The position numbers and the translations under genes were made by a program. This document shows, piece by piece, positions 27,407-35,459 of a DNA stretch of 57,838 nucleotides (position 1 is the stretch's first letter; each line of letters begins with the position of its first letter). The DNA comes from a virus (lineage: Duplodnaviria; Caudoviricetes), in the IMG/VR virus record IMGVR_UViG_3300047181_000043, positions 1 through 57,838 of that record; one strand, written 5' to 3'. Under the pieces are notes generated by a model. That model ran no database searches, had not been told where the DNA came from, and saw only the letters and a program-made list of their open reading frames with translations.

Positions 27407-30364
27407 ATGTCAGCTTTACCAACTCAACAAACAACCATTCCCATGTACCGATCTGTCTCGTATGACAGGCGGAAAGGGTTAATGTTTGTATATTATGAAG
27501 ATGGCTCGCGCAATGCCTATAACGTAAAACATTGCCTATATACCCCCAACCAGGGCCAGTACGGGTCACAACGATGCGGAATGCGGGACATCTATGGTAA
27601 GGAGATGTATGTCTCCTACGTAGATGCTAATGAGGAGATGGAGATTAGGCGCCGGCATGAAGGCGCTCGTAATGATATTTCAGAATGTGATGTTGATATA
27701 ACTACGCGATTCTTGCAGCAACACTATGCCGGCATTAAAGAACTAAAGTTTGACAGTAAGAAAATTAACAAGGGCTATATAGATATCGAAGTAGCCGCTC
27801 TGGATAAATTTCCAGTAGCTTCTAGGGCCGACAGGCCTATAAATTGCGTTACCTTTTATTGTACTTATGACGACAAGTATATAGTATATGGACTTAATCG
27901 CGAACTGTCTCCTCAAATGCAACAAAAGTTTGCTGACGAGAATGCCATTTATATTAGCTGCCGAGATGAAGCCACCCTTTTAACTGAGCTATTTACTAGA
28001 ATCGGCAATTCCGATTTGGATATTTTTACAGGTTATAATTCTGACTGGTTTGATATTCCATATTTGGTAAACCGGGCACAAAAACTGGATGTTGATATTC
28101 GTCTGATGTCCCGTCTACCCGGTCAGTATAAATCGGCATATATAAATAAGAATGATGGTAAGTTGATACTTGCTGGCACTGAAATCATTGACTATCTGAC
28201 ACTTTATAAGAAATATTCTCGTTCCGAGCGCGATTCATATAAGTTGGACGCGGTTGGAAAGGATGAAGTAAAGGAACAGAAGGCACCACTGCCTGACGGC
28301 TATCGTTCATATATTAAATATTGGGATGAATTTGCCTTTTATAACTTGAAAGACGTTAAGCTGCTTGTTAAGATTGAAAACAAGAAAAAACTATTTGATA
28401 TGGTTATTGGAACGTGTTCCGAGGCCCGAGTCAAATTCTCAAGTATTTTTTCTGCTAAGCAAATATTAGTTGGATTCATCTTAAATTATCTACATGATAA
28501 GAAGATTGCACTTCCTCCCCTTCGTAGACATGAAGCTAAAACCTTCCCAGGTGCTTATGTTTACTCAGTTCCGGGTCATTATAGATATCTAGTAAATTAC
28601 GATTATCGCTCCATGTATCCATCCATCATGATGGGCGCCAACATTTCTCCTGAAACCAAGGTAGAATATAAGGCAGGATATGAAGTTCCTGCGGATGTTA
28701 AGAATAATCTGGTACAATCTCCTTGGACCGCCGATGGTACGAAACAAGTATTCTATCGCAAGGATATTGTAGGTATTGTTCCTTCCATCACCAAGATTAT
28801 TTTTGATGGAAGAACTGCATTGAAGAAGACGATGCAGCAGATGGAGCGCGAAGGAAAGACAGTAGAAGCTCAGTATTACGATACCAAGCAGAATTCATAT
28901 AAGACGTTTGGTAACTCACTATATGGTTTGTTGGGCATGCCCCATTTCCATTTCTATGATATTGATAATTCCGCCTCGATTACTGGATTTGGCGTGCAGC
29001 TTATTAAGACAACGGTCAAAAAATTAGCTGATTACTTCGAAAATGGGTTACCTAGAGATGATAGGTATTTTAAAACCTTCGATTCCTGGCCAACGATGAA
29101 TGAAAAGTATCGAGGGATTCATGTTGGTATTGATGGCGAATCTTATCAAAACCGAATGAGTCATGGTGATACTGATTCCTTCTTTGTCAAGTATGATGAT
29201 TTATATGCACCATTCGAGGAATTGGCTAGTACCAATTTGGAAACCGTGATATTTGATAAGGGAAAGGTAGTATTTAAGAAGCGGTTCCAATACAAGGATA
29301 AAAAGTCGTTTAAGGAAATTGAAAAGATATGTGCTTCCAACACTCCCGGTTGGGATGATTTGGAAGATGATGTTAGAGATGATAAGGCAACCATCGAATA
29401 TGCAAAACATTTATATGTGGTTGAAAAGGACGCGTGGGATTGTTATTTCGCGGAATCTACTAAATACACTGATGCTATAGTCAATATGACCGAGATCGAT
29501 CGTGCTCGATTGATGTGGGACGGTTGTTTTAAGGATAAAAAGAGTGACGTTCGTATTATCATGAACCGGTTCACATTAACCGATTTCAGTCGTATGCTAG
29601 ATACTTGTATCATGGAAGAAAAACTGGCTGAGATTATGTTGGATTTTTCTAATTATTGGAATTTCTATGAAAACACCTTGTTCTTGAAGCGCGAGAAATG
29701 CATTCTTCAGGCAATTGTGTTGGCTAAGAAAAAATATATCTGCTATATCGAATCAAACGAAGATATCAAAACCCACGAGGCTAAGTTTAAATCCACGGGT
29801 GTTGAAATCGTGCGTTCATCTACTCCAGCATTTACCCGAAAATACATTCTCGACCTGGTTAAAGAAATGGTTAAGAAGATGGATAAGGATGCGGTTCGTA
29901 AGAGATATTTTGAAATCAAAAAAGAATTTTACTCATTGGTGGCAAAGGGTGATGTTGCATCTATCTCATTGCCGTCAGGTGTCAAAAAAGATCCTCCTAT
30001 CTGGAAAGAATACATAAGGTATTCGGACGAAGAAAAGAAGAAGTGGGACTGGCGTATCAAAGTGTCCGCTGTTTGGAACCATTTGATTGAAACGGACGAG
30101 GAACTTAAGAAACTACCTCTCGAGCCGGTGTTTGAATCCTCTAAGGTCAAGTTCTTAAAGGTTAAGGAAAATCGATTTGGACTTACTGCAATTGCATATG
30201 TGGGTACCGAATGTCCTAAGCGCCTGTTTGAATTATTTAGTGTGGACTGGGATATGCAATGGGATAAGACTTTCGGTGAAACTATGGGAAGATTCTTTGA
30301 GGCTGTGGGATGGTCAAAAGAATTTGAACGGGATCAGCGCCACATTATGAAGCGTCTACTTTGA
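27407..30364 (+). CDS. gp43: Family B DNA polymerase, gp43-like
   Basis: Exo DIEV, GYNSDWFDIPYL, YNLKDV; pol DYRSMYPS, KTFGNSLYG, HGDTDS, KKKY, GVEIVRSSTP. Confidence 0.95.
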   Translation: MSALPTQQTTIPMYRSVSYDRRKGLMFVYYEDGSRNAYNVKHCLYTPNQGQYGSQRCGMRDIYGKEMYVSYVDANEEMEIRRRHEGARNDISECDVDITTRFLQQHYAGIKELKFDSKKINKGYIDIEVAALDKFPVASRADRPINCVTFYCTYDDKYIVYGLNRELSPQMQQKFADENAIYISCRDEATLLTELFTRIGNSDLDIFTGYNSDWFDIPYLVNRAQKLDVDIRLMSRLPGQYKSAYINKNDGKLILAGTEIIDYLTLYKKYSRSERDSYKLDAVGKDEVKEQKAPLPDGYRSYIKYWDEFAFYNLKDVKLLVKIENKKKLFDMVIGTCSEARVKFSSIFSAKQILVGFILNYLHDKKIALPPLRRHEAKTFPGAYVYSVPGHYRYLVNYDYRSMYPSIMMGANISPETKVEYKAGYEVPADVKNNLVQSPWTADGTKQVFYRKDIVGIVPSITKIIFDGRTALKKTMQQMEREGKTVEAQYYDTKQNSYKTFGNSLYGLLGMPHFHFYDIDNSASITGFGVQLIKTTVKKLADYFENGLPRDDRYFKTFDSWPTMNEKYRGIHVGIDGESYQNRMSHGDTDSFFVKYDDLYAPFEELASTNLETVIFDKGKVVFKKRFQYKDKKSFKEIEKICASNTPGWDDLEDDVRDDKATIEYAKHLYVVEKDAWDCYFAESTKYTDAIVNMTEIDRARLMWDGCFKDKKSDVRIIMNRFTLTDFSRMLDTCIMEEKLAEIMLDFSNYWNFYENTLFLKREKCILQAIVLAKKKYICYIESNEDIKTHEAKFKSTGVEIVRSSTPAFTRKYILDLVKEMVKKMDKDAVRKRYFEIKKEFYSLVAKGDVASISLPSGVKKDPPIWKEYIRYSDEEKKKWDWRIKVSAVWNHLIETDEELKKLPLEPVFESSKVKFLKVKENRFGLTAIAYVGTECPKRLFELFSVDWDMQWDKTFGETMGRFFEAVGWSKEFERDQRHIMKRLL

Positions 30365-30787
30365 TGCACCTGCATATGCGCAAGTTCCGTATTGCTTTCC
30401 GCCACCTGAAGCCTGTGTAAATTTTCCTGGTGATTTGTAGAATGGGCGGAAGGTATCACCTGAATACTTTTTAGCAACTGATCTATTCGCTAAATGCACA
30501 ATGTGTTGATTATTTAGTTGTTTTTCTATGCCATTCAATTTTTCATCTTTCTCAAAGTAGTCGGATCCACTACCATCAACAACATTGGATGTTGGCTTTT
30601 CATATTTATCGATGGGAATAACGGAATTTCCAACAGGAACTCCATCGGTTACCATCATGAACTGGTTTCCATTATAATCCGGATTTCCTCCGCTTTCATA
30701 TATAGTGACCAACGCTTCCATAATTGAGTTTTTAATATTATAACTCAAGTCGCTTTTTTCTAATAAAAATGTTATCTTTGTTATCAC
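30356..30787 (-). CDS. Hypothetical late protein
   Basis: Minus-strand ATAAACT at 30797-30803; fills the gap between polymerase and clamp loader. Confidence 0.6.
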   Translation of the reverse strand: MITKITFLLEKSDLSYNIKNSIMEALVTIYESGGNPDYNGNQFMMVTDGVPVGNSVIPIDKYEKPTSNVVDGSGSDYFEKDEKLNGIEKQLNNQHIVHLANRSVAKKYSGDTFRPFYKSPGKFTQASGGGKQYGTCAYAGASK

Positions 30788-30801
30788 TGTAGAGGTAGTT
30801 T

Positions 30802-31833
30802 ATGACTAATGCGTTAGGAAGTATTGCTCCAAGTTCGGAAAAAGCCGTTACCAAGATAGGCGAAGCTGCTCGTATATCCGGAAAGGGTCTTCCTTGGGAC
30901 ATTAAATATGCCCCAACCACCTATCAACAGGTTTTGATTCCTAAGTCGATTAGATCACTTCTGGATGGCTTTATTCAGAATGGCATGCCACATCTTATTT
31001 TTTATTCTAAGAAGCCAGGAACCGCTAAAACGACTGTAGCAAGTCTTATTCCAAAGATAACGGGATCCCAGGTTAGATTTTATAATGCTTCTCGAAAAGC
31101 CGTTCAATCTACTATTGATGAAATTGAAGAATTTGCAAAACAGGCAGGTTCGGCAATAAAGTTCGTTATTTTGGATGAAGCTGACTCTGCAAGAAATGCC
31201 GCCTTTATGGAATCCTTAAGATCGTTGATGACTTCTTTGAATGGTAGAGTAATCTTTATTCTTACCTGTAACGAAGTTCAAAATATTCCTGAACCTATTG
31301 AATCCAGATGTACTAAGGTTAACTTTGATGTTCCAGAAGATCCAAAGAAGCCGCAAGATTCATTAAAGATTCCGCTGTTTAATAGATTGATTGAAATCGC
31401 AACTACAGAAACCACTATCAGTGGTGGAACGTTCGATAAAAAAACTATTGCTGCGATAGCTAAAAAGAATTTCCCTGATGTTAGACATACTCTATTATCA
31501 ATGATGGAAACATTCAATGTCAATGGTGGATCGATTGTTGGCGATCCTGTTGAAGCGGTTAAAACAGATGATGTTAAAGTGATCTGGGCACATCTTGTTG
31601 CAGGTGATCTAGTTGCCGCTAGGCAGCACTTCTATGAACAGGTAAATGAATATTCTGCATTCTTTACAGAAATCCTTGATTATGCACAAACCCAAGTGGT
31701 AGGCGTTAATCTGGCATATGTTACAAGCATCGTGGCGGAACATCAATTTAAGTCGGCATATGATAGAGTGGTCCAAGAATTGAATATTCAGGGCATGTTT
31801 GCTAAGATAATCCTTCGGCTCGCGGGAAAATAA
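30802..31833 (+). CDS. gp44: Clamp loader AAA+ subunit, gp44-like
   Basis: WDIKYAP, PGTAKTT, VILDEAD, FILTCN, PIESRC, FPDVR. Confidence 0.92.
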   Translation: MTNALGSIAPSSEKAVTKIGEAARISGKGLPWDIKYAPTTYQQVLIPKSIRSLLDGFIQNGMPHLIFYSKKPGTAKTTVASLIPKITGSQVRFYNASRKAVQSTIDEIEEFAKQAGSAIKFVILDEADSARNAAFMESLRSLMTSLNGRVIFILTCNEVQNIPEPIESRCTKVNFDVPEDPKKPQDSLKIPLFNRLIEIATTETTISGGTFDKKTIAAIAKKNFPDVRHTLLSMMETFNVNGGSIVGDPVEAVKTDDVKVIWAHLVAGDLVAARQHFYEQVNEYSAFFTEILDYAQTQVVGVNLAYVTSIVAEHQFKSAYDRVVQELNIQGMFAKIILRLAGK

Positions 31834-32300
31834 TGGCCAGGTTTGATTGTTTCCGTTTTCTATCTGATAGAAAAGATGGTATAGTCCCGTCAAATGACGA
31901 TATGGATACATTCGACTTGTTTCAAACAAATCGTGCATTTTCCATGAGCGCCAACGATCCTCGTTATAGGGATATAAAAGTAAAGATAGACCTGATCGAT
32001 AAATTCGACGCGCTGTCATTTCATCGATTGGAGAAGAAACACCAATGCATGGCATATACAGCTTTGAATGATATGTTCTGTCAGGGTAGATGGATTTTCC
32101 CTAAAAAGGAAGCGAGTAACCAAACAAAGATATCTGACCTTATAGATAAGTTATGTAAGATATTTGATTGCGGTGACAGTACAGCCCGGGAGTGGTTGCG
32201 ACGCAAACTATACACCCCGGAAGAGATTGATATGATGTATACATACCTTTTCGATAGAGATTCCCTAATAAATAAAAAATCAGGCACCGCTAAAAAGTAA
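31833..32300 (+). CDS. gp62: Clamp loader small subunit, gp62-like
   Basis: Coupled to gp44; FQTNRAFSM and RWIFPKK...AREWL pattern. Confidence 0.65.
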   Translation: MARFDCFRFLSDRKDGIVPSNDDMDTFDLFQTNRAFSMSANDPRYRDIKVKIDLIDKFDALSFHRLEKKHQCMAYTALNDMFCQGRWIFPKKEASNQTKISDLIDKLCKIFDCGDSTAREWLRRKLYTPEEIDMMYTYLFDRDSLINKKSGTAKK

Positions 32301-32319
32301 TTTTTCTTATATTTCGGAT

Positions 32320-33180
32320 ATGAGCGAAAATTCTTTACTTTTAGCGGTCTCCGGAGGGTCCGATTCCATGTGCATGCTGCATATGTATCGAAACCTACCA
32401 GGCATCCAGGTTGCTCATGTAAATTATAATTTTAGAGATGATTCCATAGAGGATCAGGAACTGGTATTCCACTTTTGTAATAAATACAAAATTCCAGTTC
32501 ATGTAAAAACGATCTCTAAATCCGATATTCCAGCTACAGGATTCGAAGCCTGGGCTCGAGATATTAGATATGACTTTTTTAACAAAATCATGAAATCCGA
32601 AGGAATCTCGAAGCTGGCGACAGCCCATAATAAGAATGATCAAGCAGAAACCGTAATTATGCGGATCATGCGCGGGACCGGATTGAAGGGTCTGCGCGGA
32701 ATTCATAGGGAATCTGATTCGATAATTCGTCCTATTCTGGATATGAATAAGACAGAGGTATACACATACTGTAAAGAACATTCAGTGCCGTATCGGGAAG
32801 ATTCTACTAATTCAGATACAATATATCTTAGAAATAAGATTAGACATACGATGATCCCTCATGTAGATATCGATGCACTGTCTAGAATTGCTGATATTTC
32901 ACAAAAAATATATCCGAAAGTATTAAAATTGTCGCTAGATCGGCTGGCGCCATATGTTAAAGTTTCTGCTAATTTAATTGAAATTGATAGACATGCTACC
33001 CTGGATGAACTGGCATTTTATGGTTTGTCTAAATATTTTGAGAATTGGTTTTCATTATCATCTGAAATCTACCAACAAATCAAATCTGATATGGGTTGTG
33101 ATCGTAGATTTTATATAAATGCAAAAGTAATATGTGACAAGCGTAGCCCTAAACGGATTCGAATTTTCTTTGAACAATAA
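32320..33180 (+). CDS. tilS: tRNA(Ile)-lysidine synthase
   Basis: AVSGGSDS PP-loop, HVNYNFR, EAWARDIRY, TAHNKNDQAET, GTGLKGL, IRPIL, EDSTN, RNKIR. Confidence 0.93.
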   Translation: MSENSLLLAVSGGSDSMCMLHMYRNLPGIQVAHVNYNFRDDSIEDQELVFHFCNKYKIPVHVKTISKSDIPATGFEAWARDIRYDFFNKIMKSEGISKLATAHNKNDQAETVIMRIMRGTGLKGLRGIHRESDSIIRPILDMNKTEVYTYCKEHSVPYREDSTNSDTIYLRNKIRHTMIPHVDIDALSRIADISQKIYPKVLKLSLDRLAPYVKVSANLIEIDRHATLDELAFYGLSKYFENWFSLSSEIYQQIKSDMGCDRRFYINAKVICDKRSPKRIRIFFEQ

Positions 33181-33194
33181 TCTATTTTGCATTT

Positions 33195-33434
33195 ATGCAA
33201 GATGAAGAAAATATTTCCGCGGTTTCTGCACTATTAGGAATATCTAGAGATCGAGCACAACAGGCCATAAACGATGGTCTTGATTTAAGCATGTTGTTTG
33301 GTGGGTGGCAGCGTGAGCTAATACGCGATGTAAGCAGCATGGGAACCGAAATAACCGAAAAAGTAGATTATGTACAGGCAGATCTATTATCTGATTTGAA
33401 AAAGATTAGTGAAGAAATCCGCGGACAACAATAA
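33195..33434 (+). CDS. Hypothetical protein
   Basis: 79-aa ORF in operon orientation. Confidence 0.65.
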   Translation: MQDEENISAVSALLGISRDRAQQAINDGLDLSMLFGGWQRELIRDVSSMGTEITEKVDYVQADLLSDLKKISEEIRGQQ

Positions 33435-33458
33435 ACTAGAAAAAAGTGGAATCCTAAG

Positions 33459-34133
33459 ATGTCGGATAATCGGAAAATAGTTGCGTATTTATCTCTGTTG
33501 CGCGGAGCATATCCAGACTCACTGGCATTGGTTGAAGCACTTGAAGAAGAAATTCAGAAAGTTGTGCCATCGATTACACCAGAAGAGAAGCGGGCGATTC
33601 GCCAATTTCCAATGCAGTATACAAAGCCGATATCCCAATCCCAGGGCGTTGGTGATTGGACTACGCAACTTCATATTTGGGCAGAACAAGGAATTCCTGA
33701 CATTTTGAAGGTATCTCCTCAAATTTTAGCATATAAAAATTCGTTCGGTGATAGTATTATCATGTCATTGGTGGCCGGTGCTACTGGTGCAATTACTGGT
33801 AAAATTGATTATAAATTGATTCGGGATATTTTGGATACTGATATGAGTTATCTTGATAATTCTTCAGATATGAAGGAATTCAATGCGTTGGATGAGACGG
33901 ATATTGAAGGAAAGACCCCAATCGATCATCTAGTAGAAATCGCGTATGGTATAGGTGAATATACCGGCGATACTCCAGACGAAATCCTTAAAAAGATGCT
34001 AAGAAACTTCGCCGAGAACAAATCAAATGATGATCTCGAGTTTTCTGAGCAGGTCGATTCGGTAATTGATACTCATTTGGAAGATCCCATTATAAACAAC
34101 ACAAAACCGGAGATTATCCAAAATGACGCCTGA
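33459..34133 (+). CDS. Late protein with degenerate ankyrin-like repeats
   Basis: WTTQLHIWAEQG, KNSFGDSII, DIEGKTPIDHLV; ATAAACT upstream. Confidence 0.5.
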   Translation: MSDNRKIVAYLSLLRGAYPDSLALVEALEEEIQKVVPSITPEEKRAIRQFPMQYTKPISQSQGVGDWTTQLHIWAEQGIPDILKVSPQILAYKNSFGDSIIMSLVAGATGAITGKIDYKLIRDILDTDMSYLDNSSDMKEFNALDETDIEGKTPIDHLVEIAYGIGEYTGDTPDEILKKMLRNFAENKSNDDLEFSEQVDSVIDTHLEDPIINNTKPEIIQNDA

Positions 34134-34875
34134 ACAGCAAGAATTCGTAAATTTTATATCAACTCTCGGACAGGCACTCCCAGAAGCGTCAGCTAACAAG
34201 CAGGGTCTTGTCGCATTCCAGGATGAAGTGATATCAATGTTCGAAAATTCAGATCCAGCAATCCAACTTGCAAATAAGGATTTTTATTCATTCCTTACTA
34301 TGCTTGAATCTGAATTGCCTGATGGTAAGAATCGCACCGCAGTTCGCGCAATGATGGAAGATGTCAGTGCTGCCATGGAATTGGTTCCAGTAGAGACTGA
34401 ACAAGAGGTAGATCCTCGGATGATAATTGCAATGACTGCTGCAGGAATTCCCCAGGATCAGATCGAAAAGGTAGTTGCTGAAATGAAAGTAAAGGCTGAA
34501 CAGACGGCAGAAGCACAACCACAAATACTGGAAGAACCCGCGGTCGAAACTCCTGAAGTATCCGTTGAAGTAGAACCGGTTGTGGAATTGGATGAAACCG
34601 CAGTTGAACCTGAATTGCTTGCCGAATCTGCAGATAATGAATTTGCCAACTTCTTGTTGCTACTCGAATCCAAAATTTCGGATGCTGATACTAAGATTAA
34701 GTTATTGACATTAGCTGAAAGTGTTATCGGTACTGATTCCGTAGAACCTACTGATGAAGAGAAGTTCATCGGATTCTTGCAGAATTTACATGAAAATGTA
34801 CAATCTCCTGAATGGAAACTTGTTGCCAAGCGGGCTTTGGCGGGAACCAAGGCTATAGTGGAATCGATGAAGTGA
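34123..34875 (+). CDS. Acidic repeat-containing protein (possible prohead core/internal protein)
   Basis: Four FxxF(L/I)xxL helical repeats; many xxE-S/A motifs. Confidence 0.65.
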   Translation: MTPEQQEFVNFISTLGQALPEASANKQGLVAFQDEVISMFENSDPAIQLANKDFYSFLTMLESELPDGKNRTAVRAMMEDVSAAMELVPVETEQEVDPRMIIAMTAAGIPQDQIEKVVAEMKVKAEQTAEAQPQILEEPAVETPEVSVEVEPVVELDETAVEPELLAESADNEFANFLLLLESKISDADTKIKLLTLAESVIGTDSVEPTDEEKFIGFLQNLHENVQSPEWKLVAKRALAGTKAIVESMK

Positions 34876-34886
34876 TTGATTGAATC

Positions 34887-34918
34887 AAAAAAGAAAGGCG
34901 CCACGCGGCGCCTTTTTT
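34887..34918. terminator. Bidirectional terminator between convergent genes
   Basis: AAAGGCGCC-ACGC-GGCGCCTTTTTT. Confidence 0.85.
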
Positions 34919-35364
34919 CATTGAATATTTTTGTTATCGTCTTCTGTTTTACTTGCCTTGGAATAATCATTTTCCTGGCGCTTGATATTGACTTCATTCT
35001 TCTTGACATAGATATCATATACTTTGTCCGCATCCATGCCCGCAACCATTGCGAGACTAATCCAGAAATGTAATTGATCGATGATTTCTACTCGAATATT
35101 CTGCATATTCAGTGTGTCCTTTGACCACCACTTCCACAACAATTCATCGCGCAATTCTCGGGATTCATCATCCATTGCGGTCAAAAAATTCAACAGCCAT
35201 TTGTTTGTGTTGGTGTTTGGGCCAATCGCTTCTTCGGATTTACCCTCTTGTATGAGTTGATCTGAAGACAAAATTGATCCATCGATTCCTGTGATTCCTT
35301 TCTTTTGGAATACAAAATCGTTGAGTTTTGCTTGCATTTGGAACAATGATTCGAGCTTATCCAT
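34918..35364 (-). CDS. Dimeric all-alpha dUTPase/dCTPase (dUTPase_2/gp56-like)
   Basis: DESRELRDELLWKWW, EIIDQLHF, YVKKNEVNIKRQENDY. Confidence 0.88.
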   Translation of the reverse strand: MDKLESLFQMQAKLNDFVFQKKGITGIDGSILSSDQLIQEGKSEEAIGPNTNTNKWLLNFLTAMDDESRELRDELLWKWWSKDTLNMQNIRVEIIDQLHFWISLAMVAGMDADKVYDIYVKKNEVNIKRQENDYSKASKTEDDNKNIQ

Positions 35365-35459
35365 ATGATTTCCTTTGTTAACGATCTAACAAAGATAATA
35401 AAAAGTATGAAAAGCGGCATTAATATAAACTCATTCAGAAGCGAAAAGGAGTTTCCGAA

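Noticed and set aside
29180-29590. Intein in the DNA polymerase
   Set aside because: No Cys/Ser start block, TxxH or HN|C/S/T end.
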